NCBI GenBank assembly: GCA_963924565.1
Contig: OZ004613.1
Span: 11,222,001-11,286,000, forward strand
Length of the DNA stretch: 64,000 nt
Direction: 5' to 3'
DNA from: Ascidiella aspersa
Taxonomy: Eukaryota
Of this stretch, positions 1-10,109 are shown in pieces. Every line of letters begins with the position of its first letter. Positions within the stretch are counted from its first letter, which is position 1. The position numbers and the translations under genes were made by a program. The notes beneath the pieces were generated by a model. The model ran no database searches. It was given only the letters and a program-made list of their open reading frames with translations, and was not told where the DNA came from.

Positions 1-610
1 AAAATAATTTCACTGTTTGATTTATAAGTTGTCTATAAGTTAACCAGGAACCGTTTCAGAAACAGTACACCAAAATTAATTAATGAAAAATATGCGTTTT
101 TCTGCTACAGTAATAAAAATTAGTTTTAAAAATAACTCCCACATAGTCATAATCGCATTTGTTAATGTTTAACACATTTATGTGTTGCACAAATATAAAT
201 TGTCGTGGGAAATTGAAAACAATAACGAAAACAAAATAATAATAAACTTATTTGTTCTGGAAAATTAGGTTTGAATAAATCTCATGTTCAATGAATCTAT
301 TAACTGTGATTTTTGTCAAGCATACTGTTCACATAAATCATTTTTGCGAAATATGCTTTTGAATTTATGACTTGTGGATAACGAAGTATGAATGCGGCTG
401 AAGTGATTTGTTTTCATTTCACTTACTTTTGCTGGGCGAACTGACTTAAACTTTCTCGATCGACCCAGCAGGAAAATAAAGACATATAAGCTCTTTTTTC
501 TAACTCATACAAAACTCTTTTTTCTCCCAGCGCAAGCCCTATCGGATGTTGCTATGAACAGCTGGCTACTGAGATACACAAGGAAAAACAAATATTTTCC
601 TGTTTAACGC

Positions 611-618
611 TATATAAG
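611..618 (+). promoter_or_regulatory. TATA box of peptide gene copy 1 (conserved in all four copies)
   Basis: TATATAAG upstream of a short non-coding exon ending at donor 670; same motif at 30253, 41059 and 54069. Confidence 0.7.
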
Positions 619-763
619 TGGCCCGTCAGCATCAGATAATCAGCGCATCCATCTCAAACCAACGTTTGAGTGAACAGCGCTCAAAGTGTTAAAATTATAA
701 ATTGTTCAGCGTTATGCCAAACAATTTTGTAATATTTGAATTGTTTTAGATTATTCAGGAACC

Positions 764-1603
764 ATGAATAAGCTAACTGTTTTCGCTCTTCTTTTTGCTG
801 TTCTTTTGTTGGCTGATGTCGACGCCTGGGGTCGTCGTCGTCGTCGTCGTCGCCGCCGTCGCCGTCATCTTGTGAGAAGAATCATCCGTATTGGTTGCAG
901 CTTGAACAAATATTGCAGAACTGGGCGCACAATTTACAGAATCGGACGCAGAATTTTCCGTGCGTTCGGGTGAGTAAAATAATTATATTTTGTAAGAGTT
1001 TGTTTAGAGTTGTTAATGTGAAACCCAAGTAAGTTTGTGTGGCTTAAAGTTAGAATAAAAACAAACAAATATGTTTTGTAAATAATTTTGAATAGTCCTG
1101 ACATATAACCTAGCTAAGCAAGGACGTTTTGTCAATTTGTTTACAGAGTGAGAAATTGTTTACATTTATTATATTTTACAACTATTTTCTTTGAATTTGC
1201 AGTGATGAAGAAATGCAGCAAGAACAAGAAATGTTAGGTTGGTCCAAACACTGTTTATATTGTAGTTTTATGTTACCTTGTAGTTTTGAATGAAATATTA
1301 AGATCAATTTTCTTTGTACATTGAGGACACGAATCAAATGAGCTACTGAGTTAGTTTCAACAATAGTTTACTAAATCTTTTTAATGAACCGTTTTTATTT
1401 CTAAATTTATTATAAGTTTGAAGAGTGAGTAAAGATTTGGCAATATTTTAATGTATTTTGAGGCTTTGTTTCAACATAAAAGAAATAAGACAACATATTT
1501 ATTTTACACAGACACAGCTGATTTCGTAGAGGAAGAACCTGTTGACTTCGTAGAGGAAGACATTGTGGATGAACCCGAAATGGAAGAAGTTGTCCAGGAA
1601 TAA
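764..1603 (+). CDS. Putative antimicrobial peptide precursor, copy 1 (CDS exons 764-969, 1203-1237, 1512-1603; 110 aa)
   Basis: GT-AG splicing joins the 69-aa ORF to DEEMQQEQEMLDTADFVEEEPVDFVEEDIVDEPEMEEVVQE*. Signal peptide MNKLTVFALLFAVLLLADVDA, cationic core WG-R11-HLVRRIIRIGCSLNKYCRTGRTIYRIGRRIFRAFG, acidic tail. Likely UTR introns 670-749 and 1611-1816; AATAAA at 1878-1883. Confidence 0.85.
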
Positions 1604-3408
1604 ATTCAACGTAAACACCTATAGTTTGTTATCTTATTTTTTATTATAAAACAAGTTGTATTTACGTCTGGTGATTTTTCTGCTTTGTAAACAATCAGTT
1701 AAACATATAACAAATAAATTCCTTTATAATGATGCTAAAGAACAGTACAACGTTACTGGAGAAACGCCAGTAATTTTAATCATACACATTTAATTGTTTT
1801 GTTTTTTATATTTTAGATGGAACCGAAAAACGACAAGATCTCAATGGAATTGTTTTTATTTGGCTTTAAAAACTACAAATAAACTGCATTTAAAATCATC
1901 AGTGCTGTTATATGATACTATATTGTAGCCCCAATATTTATAGTAAAAGGCCTATTTAAGACATTAGAATTACCGCAAAAATATCCTCGTGAGTTGTAAC
2001 ACAGAAGGGCAGAAATTACTTGTTCTAAATATTGCGACTCTTCAGAAAGAAGCAATATAAGCAATATTGTAAATTAAACACTAATTTGGTCAAGTTATTA
2101 AGAAAACTTTCTATTGAGATAAAAAAAAAGATTTAAATCCGAGAAACAAATAATACACGTATAAAATGTATTAACAGTTATACACTGATAATAATTAATT
2201 AAAATTCGCTCAATTTATCAAATTACCATAGTGTTATAAACATTTTTTACCAAAAAATGAAGTACTTTAGAAAACAAATATTTTAACACTTAATTTCAAA
2301 GGAATGAACATAGCTAATATTCCTGTTAATAAAATGCAGACCTGTGTCAACAAAATCTTTTTTAAGTAGAAAATAGTTTTTTTTCTAAAATTTTACTTAA
2401 ATTATAGCACTTTCAAAAAAGAATTCCACTAAAATTATAAAAATAACTAGTTTCAGAGTTTAAATAAAACAACAACTTTTGTGTTTATTATGAATCTCGT
2501 ATTTCAATCACAAAATTAAGGCGAAATAAAAAAACAATTCATCGAAATTTGTTTAACGAAGTAGATATATTAATAACAATATTATTATTTGTCATGAAGC
2601 AAAACAGTCTTTAAAGTGATATGGGTGTCTTCACATTTCACAAATCCCTGAATCTCTTATAATAACTGGCAAAGTTTGTCCGCAGGTTGCCGATTTATTA
2701 TCTCCGGCATATTTTCGCCTGTCGGTCGCCGGCATGTCGTCTTAGAGAGACAGATAGAGCAACGTCGCTCACAATGCTCCTTCCTAAGTGAGAAGCGAGG
2801 AGATGGGTAAATTAGAAAGTAAGCCATGTGCTAACAGATAGAAAAATATTAGGCTCTATTTATAAGAAAAAAGCCAGATCAATAAAGAGGAGTTCAGTAA
2901 AGTTTTAAGGATGCGTATATGTTGAACAACATCTGGATCATGCCGTCTCCAATCTCGGGAAGATGAGATTTGCCTCAACAGGAACATCTTGGTTATGAAG
3001 TGCTAAGACTCTGCCCTTCCTAAAGCCATAAACACATATTTGCAATTCACTTAGTGGAAGATGAATGTTTGCAAAACACGATGATATTGCGGCTTTTGAG
3101 CTAATTGGGTTTGATTGTTGCCAAAGCAGGATGTGTGCGACATTGTTGAGGCGAAATCGTGTAGTTTTAGCTGACGCCAAACAAGTGATTTAGCTTTAAA
3201 CAAATATATCAGATGGTTAAATATAATAATAATTATTTGAATTTCTTACTCTTAAAAGATAAATTTTTATGAAGCCGAGTATGTCTTTGTGCATTCCAAA
3301 CCAATTTTATTTTCCGTCTTCACTGTTGACCATTGTATTTGATAGAAACAACATGGTAATTGTTTTAATCACAGTTACACAAACATAAAAACAAACTCAA
3401 CAAGTATT

Positions 3409-4030
3409 AGTAGTCTTTAACTTGCGCGAAGTGTGCCGTGTCCCCAGGTGTGCCCAGGTGTGCGGAAGTGTATTCCGGCGTATTCAGGTTACATCCGGTG
3501 AGCAAAAGTAAAATTGAAAAGTGTTCAAAAGTGTGCAAAAGTACCCTGAGGAGCAAAAAAGCGTCTTTGGGTGAAAAAAAACGTTTTTATAAGTTTCCGG
3601 AAGTGAAGGTGGAAGTGTCAAAAAGTGACAAAAAGTGTGATACGGTAAGGTAAGGTAGTTCTCTACGTTGCAGTGTTTTTGTTAGGCCCAAAATATTTTT
3701 TGTAAAATTTTCAGAAGAGTCAGAAAGCTACTTTTGCGCGAGGTGTGCCAATTTCAAAAAGTGACCTTTGCACGAAGTGTGCCAAAAATATCGTCGATTG
3801 GTAAAGTCGAACTGTACATTGGTTGTCTTGTTTGTTGTGGCAGATTTGGGCTCGTTCACAGAGAAGCGAGCAGAGAGGAAACAGTGTTTCCCTATCAAGA
3901 CTGGTTTCCTAATTATAGCCAGTATTGGTTTACTATTGACGTAAAGAGTATGAGATGGTATTTTATATTTAGTTCTTTAAAACTTTAGTTGTTTGGTAAT
4001 TTAACTTGAAGATGACGGATTTTATTATTG
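3409..4030 (+). repeat. Left terminal inverted repeat (~620 bp)
   Basis: Reverse complement of 19878-20493, with roughly 20 differences by manual comparison. Confidence 0.95.
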
Positions 4031-4081
4031 TTTTTCAGGTATATTAAAATCTATGTTATTCGAAAACCTTTCTTGAATTTA

Positions 4082-4687
4082 ATGGATTTCATTCACCCCT
4101 TCACTTGTGTCGTAGCGGGTCCAACAGGTTGTGGGAAAACACAATTTGTAAAGCGTGTTATCGAAGAAGAATTGATTAAACCCAAGCCACAAAATATAGT
4201 ATGGTTCTATTCTGAGTGGCAGGACTCCTACAAACAAATGAAAAACGTTAACTTTGTTAATGGATTTTCGTTGGATATTGATTCAATGGAGAATAGTTTG
4301 TTGATTTTAGATGATATGATGGGTTCGTGTGACAAACGTGTTTCCAATCTTTTTACGAAAGGGTCACATCACCGAAACAATAGTATTTTTTATATAGTTC
4401 AAAATGTTTTCGATAAATCAAAAGAACATCGAACTATTAGCCTAAATGCACATTACCTTATTGTTTTCAAAAACCCAAGAGATTCGTCACAAATTACACA
4501 CTTAGCCAAACAAGTGCTTCCCTCTCACGTAAGATCAATCCAGGAAGCATTTAGAGATGCTACATCGAAGCCACACGGTTATTTGATGTTTGATTTCAAG
4601 CAGTGTGTACCGGATGAACAACGTCTAAGGACAAATATATTTAAAGGACAACAGCAGTTTGTTTACATTCCAAAAAAACAAGTGTAA
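4082..4687 (+). CDS. Polinton genome-packaging ATPase (A32/FtsK-like)
   Basis: Walker A GPTGCGKT, Walker B LLILDD, FTKGSHHRN and RTISLNAHY motifs; first ATG at 4082. Confidence 0.93.
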   Translation: MDFIHPFTCVVAGPTGCGKTQFVKRVIEEELIKPKPQNIVWFYSEWQDSYKQMKNVNFVNGFSLDIDSMENSLLILDDMMGSCDKRVSNLFTKGSHHRNNSIFYIVQNVFDKSKEHRTISLNAHYLIVFKNPRDSSQITHLAKQVLPSHVRSIQEAFRDATSKPHGYLMFDFKQCVPDEQRLRTNIFKGQQQFVYIPKKQV

Positions 4688-4688
4688 A

Positions 4689-5027
4689 ATGTCACAAAAA
4701 ATTAGACGTAATGCAGACACACTGAATTTTTTAGCCCGGGGAAAACCACATGTAATTAAGTCTGTTATAAAAACAGCCGACTCAGAGTTAATAAAGTGTA
4801 TTTGTGAATGTGCACAAAACATACTACATGGAAACTTTCCTCTCTCGACAAAACAGAAAAAAAAACTTAATCGTTTTAAGAAAGATCTTCGTTTCATTTC
4901 CAAGAAAACTTCAAGTGTCAAGAAAAAAAAGAAAATTATTCAAAAAGGTGGTTTCCTAGCTGCTCTTTTAGCGCCTCTTCTCGGAAGTATTATACCATCT
5001 ATAGCTAAAAGTTTGCTCGGAAAATAA
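4689..5027 (+). CDS. Basic virion core protein with adenovirus pX-like hydrophobic C-terminus (probably the Polinton PW family)
   Basis: Lys-rich; ICECAQNILHGNFPL motif; QKGG|FLAALLAPLLG resembles adenovirus pX RGG|ILPLLIPLIAAAIG; ATG follows the ATPase stop after a 1-nt gap. Confidence 0.75.
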   Translation: MSQKIRRNADTLNFLARGKPHVIKSVIKTADSELIKCICECAQNILHGNFPLSTKQKKKLNRFKKDLRFISKKTSSVKKKKKIIQKGGFLAALLAPLLGSIIPSIAKSLLGK

Positions 5028-5731
5028 TGGAACATGTTCAAAAGATGGCATTGGTAGACCCGAAGTTGTTGAATCAATTACAATCAAAGCCTGCTCCACA
5101 GCTTTCCATTAAAGAAATACAAATTTCCTCTTTAAATAAAGAAATGAGTGATATTGCAAATGATTCTTCTATTGATTCTTTTGCTAAAGTTAAACTCTAC
5201 AATCAAGTTCTTTATCGTTATCGATTTTACCTAAATGAACAGGAAAATTCTCCGATTCCATTATCTACGATGAGTGTTGTTAACTACCCACCTTTAACTC
5301 AGAGTGATCCAATGGTTACTCCTACCCAAGAAAAAACACATATTCCATCAAAAATAACAAAAATAGCATCAGAGGATGTCAATGAGCCATGGAGTGAACA
5401 GATCATTAGTAGTTTACCGACAACAGCAAGAGTCAATGGAAAACTATTAGTTGATAGTATTAAATCCTCGTCGAATATAAAAGTTAATGAAAACGGCGAA
5501 CTTGAAATTAAGGGTAAATCTATTCCAGGAAGTAGCATTCATGATCTAGTTCATGATTTTGTCAGAAGAAGAAAAATTGCACAAAAACCAAAAGGTTGGG
5601 AGAATTTCGGAAAAGCATTAAAAGCAGACCGAATCCCATCTAATCTTATTGGTAGTATAAAACACCGTGAGTGGATGTTCCCCTCCGCTGGAAGTATTGT
5701 TTCAAAAGCACGAACATGGAACGAGATATGA
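5027..5731 (+). CDS. Conserved Polinton protein of unknown function (probably the PZ family)
   Basis: 234-aa ORF; MEHVQKMALVDP, KVKLYNQVLYRY and GELEIKGKSIPGSSIHDLV...PKGW motifs; TAATG overlap with the upstream gene. Confidence 0.7.
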   Translation: MEHVQKMALVDPKLLNQLQSKPAPQLSIKEIQISSLNKEMSDIANDSSIDSFAKVKLYNQVLYRYRFYLNEQENSPIPLSTMSVVNYPPLTQSDPMVTPTQEKTHIPSKITKIASEDVNEPWSEQIISSLPTTARVNGKLLVDSIKSSSNIKVNENGELEIKGKSIPGSSIHDLVHDFVRRRKIAQKPKGWENFGKALKADRIPSNLIGSIKHREWMFPSAGSIVSKARTWNEI

Positions 5732-6780
5732 GTGAAGTGTATTATAACCCAAGAAAAATTGGAAGTTTTGGAGGAGTAAATAGACTAACTGCAAACTCGA
5801 ATTTCTCTCGTTCGAGTGTAAGTGAATGGCTGTCGTCGCAGGATGCCTATACGCTTCACAAACCGATTCGGAAAAAATTTGAACGACGTCGTGTTGTTGT
5901 TGGTGGAATTGATCACCAATGGCAGAGTGATTTAGTGGATATGTCTAAATTTGCTCGCTTTAACGATGGAGTTAAATTTCTAGTTACTTGTATTGATGTA
6001 TTTTCTAAATTTGCATGGGTTCTTCCAATTAAAAATAAAACTGGAGAAAGTATCATAAATGCTTTTAAAACTATTTTATCTTTAAGTAAACGAAAACCAA
6101 TTAAACTACAAACCGATCAAGGATCTGAATTTACAAACCGTAAATTTCAAACTTGGTTGAAGAAACAAAACATATTGTTTTTCCATACATATACATCGGA
6201 AACAAAGGCTCAAATAGTTGAACGTTTTAACCGTACTCTCAAAACACGTATGTGGCGATATTTTACACGTTTTTCAACCAATCGTTATATTGATGTTTTA
6301 CAAAATATTGTTTTTTCCTACAACAACTCTTTTCATAGGAGTATCGAAAGACCTCCTGCGTTAGTTAACCATGGTAATGAGAAAGCTGTATGGAATTCGC
6401 TTTACAAAGGAGATAGGTTTCCCAGTAAACCACCAAAATTTAAGATCGGTGACAGTGTAAGAATTGTTGTTGCTCGTGGTATATTCAAAAAAGGATACAC
6501 CAAAAACTGGTCAACAGAGATATTTTTTGTTGAAAAGGTTCTCAAAACAAATCCACATGTTTATATCATCAAAGACTATGGAGGTGAAAAAATTTCAGGA
6601 ACATTTTACGAAGACGAACTTCAAAAAGTAGTAAAGAAAAACGATGTATATGAAATCGAGCGGGTGGTTAGAAAAAGCAGAAAAAAAGGGAAACTTAAAT
6701 TTCTTATAAAATGGAAGGGATACCCTAAAAAATTCAATTCATGGATATCACCAGAAGATCTCAAAGAGTTCTCAAGTTAA
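5728..6780 (+). CDS. Retroviral-like (rve) integrase with C-terminal chromodomain
   Basis: DDE triad in SDLVDM / QTDQGSEF / VERFNRTLK; SH3-like KFKIGDSVRI; chromodomain YEIERV...FLIKWKGYPKKFNSWI; likely start at the ATGA overlap at 5728. Confidence 0.95.
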   Translation: MSEVYYNPRKIGSFGGVNRLTANSNFSRSSVSEWLSSQDAYTLHKPIRKKFERRRVVVGGIDHQWQSDLVDMSKFARFNDGVKFLVTCIDVFSKFAWVLPIKNKTGESIINAFKTILSLSKRKPIKLQTDQGSEFTNRKFQTWLKKQNILFFHTYTSETKAQIVERFNRTLKTRMWRYFTRFSTNRYIDVLQNIVFSYNNSFHRSIERPPALVNHGNEKAVWNSLYKGDRFPSKPPKFKIGDSVRIVVARGIFKKGYTKNWSTEIFFVEKVLKTNPHVYIIKDYGGEKISGTFYEDELQKVVKKNDVYEIERVVRKSRKKGKLKFLIKWKGYPKKFNSWISPEDLKEFSS

Positions 6781-6783
6781 ACT

Positions 6784-7092
6784 ATGTGGAAAAATCAATT
6801 GTGGGTTTGGTTTGGAAAAAAATATCCTAGTAGTGAAATAATATTTTTTTGTCAAATAGTTATTGTGACTTGTGTTGTTTTAGCTAGTATTATTAATTTG
6901 AGTTTGTCGGATTCCAATAGAAATTTGTGGATAAGTCTCTTATCAAGCTCTTTTGGTTATATACTTCCTTCGCCGTCGTTGAATAAAGAATATGTTTCAT
7001 ATCACGCTTCCGTCAAACAGCTCATTGAAATATTATCCAAAAAATACGTTAACCAGTTACGTAACGAAACTCCCAAGAACAATAACTCTTAA
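6784..7092 (+). CDS. Small two-helix membrane protein
   Basis: ATG 3 nt after the integrase stop; hydrophobic IIFFCQIVIVTCVVLASIINL and LWISLLSSSFGYILPSP; overlaps the minor capsid ORF by 101 nt. Confidence 0.65.
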   Translation: MWKNQLWVWFGKKYPSSEIIFFCQIVIVTCVVLASIINLSLSDSNRNLWISLLSSSFGYILPSPSLNKEYVSYHASVKQLIEILSKKYVNQLRNETPKNNNS

Positions 7093-7783
7093 TGGATTAT
7101 GGGAGGTTGGTTTGATTGAATTTCAAGCCCCACACTCCTGGTTTACTGTTATGGATAAAGAGGTTTTTCTCTCTCGTACTTCAATATCAAATGGTGAGGA
7201 GGAAAAATTATTCCTCCCAGGTGGACACTACGAAAATGAAACGGAATTCATGGAATACCTTAATAAGCTGATTGAAGACGCAGACTTACAAATATTAACT
7301 AACTCTCCAGAAATCTTTGATTCAAGGGTTCGTCTTCGTTTTAAGTTTAATTCTCTTACGCGAAAAACTGAGTTAAAGGTTTCACCAGATGGTAGTCGTG
7401 TAAATTTATCTGTTAAACTTGCTTCAATGTTAGGTTTTCAACAAACAACTTTTGATGGAGGAAGGCGATATAGTGGGGATGTAGCAACAGATATTCGCCG
7501 TGGAGTTAATGAATTGTATGTTTATTCGGATATTATTGAACCACGTATCGTGGGCGATTGTGAAGTCCCATTATTCGAGACCATTCCAATTACTACGAAA
7601 CGTGGTGAAATGATTTACCATCGTTTTCCTTTTCCAATATATCATCGTCTTCAACGAAACTCATTTTCTTCTATCGAAATACTTATAAGAGATGTGTTTG
7701 GCAATGTCATACCATTTGTTTCGGGGCTTGTTACCGTTACCCTTAAGTTTCGAAAACGACAACGTCTCTTCGATTTAGCATGA
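6992..7783 (+). CDS. Minor capsid (penton) protein
   Basis: FHITLPSNSS..YP.NT...Y...LP..I.L.G.WEVGL N-terminus; LYVYSDIIEPRIVGD and IEILIRD..G..IPF motifs typical of Polinton minor capsid proteins. Confidence 0.9.
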   Translation: MFHITLPSNSSLKYYPKNTLTSYVTKLPRTITLNGLWEVGLIEFQAPHSWFTVMDKEVFLSRTSISNGEEEKLFLPGGHYENETEFMEYLNKLIEDADLQILTNSPEIFDSRVRLRFKFNSLTRKTELKVSPDGSRVNLSVKLASMLGFQQTTFDGGRRYSGDVATDIRRGVNELYVYSDIIEPRIVGDCEVPLFETIPITTKRGEMIYHRFPFPIYHRLQRNSFSSIEILIRDVFGNVIPFVSGLVTVTLKFRKRQRLFDLA

Positions 7784-8184
7784 AGCAACCCTACTGTTGT
7801 CAACAGGATGTTAAAGAGTATGAAAAATATTATCTTTCACAAGTAGGGAGTGGTTTTCCAATTTATTCTGGGGGATTGCAAAGAGGGTATGGTTTAGGGT
7901 CTATTTTTTCAACAATTGGGCGTTCTATTTTACCGATAATTCGTTCTGGTGCAAAATCAGTTGGAAAACAAGTTTTAAAATCTGGAATTGATTTTGCTTC
8001 CGATGTAATGCAAGGACAAAATCCTAGAAACTCTGCTATAAAAAGAACACGAGAGTTAACCAACTCATTCTTTTCTCAAAAGAAACGAAAAGGTTCACAT
8101 CCGCCAGGCGAACCTGCTGTAAAGAAAAGAAAAAAGAATAAACGAAAAAATAAAAAAACAAAAAAATCTGATATATTCCAATAA
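7780..8184 (+). CDS. Virion core / membrane-active protein (cupiennin-like amphipathic helix, basic tail)
   Basis: YYLSQVGSG, QRGYGLGSIFSTIGRSILPIIRSGAKSVGKQ, Lys-rich tail ending DIF; ATGA overlap with the minor capsid gene. Confidence 0.75.
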   Translation: MKQPYCCQQDVKEYEKYYLSQVGSGFPIYSGGLQRGYGLGSIFSTIGRSILPIIRSGAKSVGKQVLKSGIDFASDVMQGQNPRNSAIKRTRELTNSFFSQKKRKGSHPPGEPAVKKRKKNKRKNKKTKKSDIFQ

Positions 8185-8337
8185 TGTCGATTACTGAATT
8201 GTTTGTTCTATTTTTGAGGATAGTTAACTGGTTGAGCTACCGTATTTGTTTCTGATTGGTGTTTTTATTTTTTGCATTGATTGAGAAGACATATATAAGA
8301 CAACACAAGTCAAATATTATTATTGGCTCACTTAATC

Positions 8338-9636
8338 ATGGCACTTAAAGACGATCGCTCCTGTCATTGTCTAATGGAGGAGTTGGATCTGTTTGCAGTT
8401 AAACCAACTCAAATTAGCGTGGAAGACTCATATTCTGTCGAGTATTTACCGATTTCAACGTTGACTGATAGTGGAACGATTGAATTCGATTTAGCTGGAA
8501 CTAGTGATTACCTTGATCTCTCAAGTGTTCAATTGTACTGTTGTGCACGTGTTGTGAATGCCGACGGGACAGAGTTAGCAGAAGATGCAGTTGTAGCACC
8601 AGTTAACTATTGGCTTCATTCCTTATGGAGTCAAGTTGATGTATCGTTTAACAACAAAATGATAACTGCTTCAAACAATACTTACCCATACCGAGCTTAC
8701 CTGGAAGCATTACTTAACTTTGGTAGCGATGCGAAAAAGACTCACCTTACGTCTGCATTGTGGAAAAAGGACGTTGCTGAACAGTATGATACACTTACGA
8801 ATGCCAATCAAGGTTTTCGTGATAGAAAATTTTTGGCTCGTAACAGTCGAATAGTTGAGATGCTGGGAAAGATTCACTTTGACATGGGTTTTCAACCTCG
8901 CTATTTAATCGATGGAGTGGACGTTAAGGTACGACTTTCAAGAAGTAAAGATACATTTTCTCTTATGTCTGCAAACAATGGAGAATTCAAAGTCAATCTT
9001 AAAAGTGTAGCCTTATTTGCACGCAAGATAAGACCTTCTCCACCTGTTCTAATGGGCCACTTGAAAGCCCTTGAACGTGGAACAGTTAAATATCCTATTT
9101 CTCGTGTGGATGTAAAAGTTTTTTCGATTCCTAGTGGTGATCTTACTGTAGTGAAAAATATTATTTCTGGTCAAATCCCTAAACGAGTTATTATTGGTTT
9201 AGTAGACAACGCTGCTTTTAATGGTCAATTGGATAAAAATCCTTTTTATTTTAAAAATTATAACCTAAATTTTCTCGCTCTCTACCAAGACGGAAAACAA
9301 ATTCCTTCCAAAGCTTATCAACCTAACTTTTCTCGTCAAAACACAGCTCGTTCTTATTTTGCGTTGTTTTTAGCAACAGGAAATTTTTTTCGAAATGGTG
9401 GACACAATTTATCAAAGTCAGAATTTATTGATGGATGTACATTGTATGCCTTTGATTTAACTCCAAATTCTTGTGATTCTTCTCACACTGATTTGATTAG
9501 ACACGGAACTATTCGTTTAGAGTGTAAGTTTGGAACTGCTCTTCCAAATTCTGTTAATATTGTGGTGTTTACTGAATTTGACTCTTTATTAGAAATTGAT
9601 AGGTCAAGGAGTGTTTCATTTGATTTTAACTCATAA
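8338..9636 (+). CDS. Major capsid protein (double jelly-roll)
   Basis: ELDLF..PTQ, YPYRAYLEALLNFG, GQIPKRVIIGLV, FNG...NPFYF and LYAFDLTP motifs of Polinton MCP; first ATG at 8338. Confidence 0.93.
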   Translation: MALKDDRSCHCLMEELDLFAVKPTQISVEDSYSVEYLPISTLTDSGTIEFDLAGTSDYLDLSSVQLYCCARVVNADGTELAEDAVVAPVNYWLHSLWSQVDVSFNNKMITASNNTYPYRAYLEALLNFGSDAKKTHLTSALWKKDVAEQYDTLTNANQGFRDRKFLARNSRIVEMLGKIHFDMGFQPRYLIDGVDVKVRLSRSKDTFSLMSANNGEFKVNLKSVALFARKIRPSPPVLMGHLKALERGTVKYPISRVDVKVFSIPSGDLTVVKNIISGQIPKRVIIGLVDNAAFNGQLDKNPFYFKNYNLNFLALYQDGKQIPSKAYQPNFSRQNTARSYFALFLATGNFFRNGGHNLSKSEFIDGCTLYAFDLTPNSCDSSHTDLIRHGTIRLECKFGTALPNSVNIVVFTEFDSLLEIDRSRSVSFDFNS

Positions 9637-9638
9637 AT

Positions 9639-10109
9639 ATGAATAGTATTGAAATTCGTAATGTTATTCAAAATGATCCAATAGCAAATCAGACATTTCG
9701 TGGTGTTTTTGCAAGTGATGAACTACGAAGACTGAACACTTATTCAATTAAAAAAAGCAAAACTTCTCAATCGTATGTAATTAATTTGGATTCGTCCGAA
9801 AAACATGGAAGTCACTGGGTGGCGGTCTATTTCAATTCTAATGGAGAGTGTGATTACTTTGACTCATTCGGTTGTTATCCAATTGGAAATGATATATCAC
9901 GTTTTGTTTCGCGATCATCCTACATTTTTCGTTACAACACAAAAACTTTACAAGAGTTAACGTCAACATTCTGTGGATTCTATAGTTGTTTTTTTATTTT
10001 AGTTCGTAGTCGTGGTATTGCTATGCCAGACATTGTAAATATTTTTAATTCTGATTTGGAAGCCAATGATGAGTTTGTGTATAACTATGTAACCGAATCG
10101 TTTCTGTAA
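9639..10109 (+). CDS. Adenain-like cysteine protease (clan CE)
   Basis: FRGVFASD, GSHWVAVY (His), YFDSFG (Asp), LQ...FCG (Gln, Cys); ATTAAA at 10121-10126. Confidence 0.93.
   Translation: MNSIEIRNVIQNDPIANQTFRGVFASDELRRLNTYSIKKSKTSQSYVINLDSSEKHGSHWVAVYFNSNGECDYFDSFGCYPIGNDISRFVSRSSYIFRYNTKTLQELTSTFCGFYSCFFILVRSRGIAMPDIVNIFNSDLEANDEFVYNYVTESFL

Noticed and set aside
764-973. 69-aa single-exon or protamine-like protein as called by the ORF track (also 30406, 41212, 54218)
   Set aside because: The TGA lies within the donor GG|GTGAGT, downstream acidic exons are conserved in all copies, and the signal peptide argues against a protamine.
3438-3653. Basic 71-aa ORFs in both TIRs (also 20249-20464)
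   Set aside because: GTG start, no ATG, and similarity is explained by the inverted repeat.
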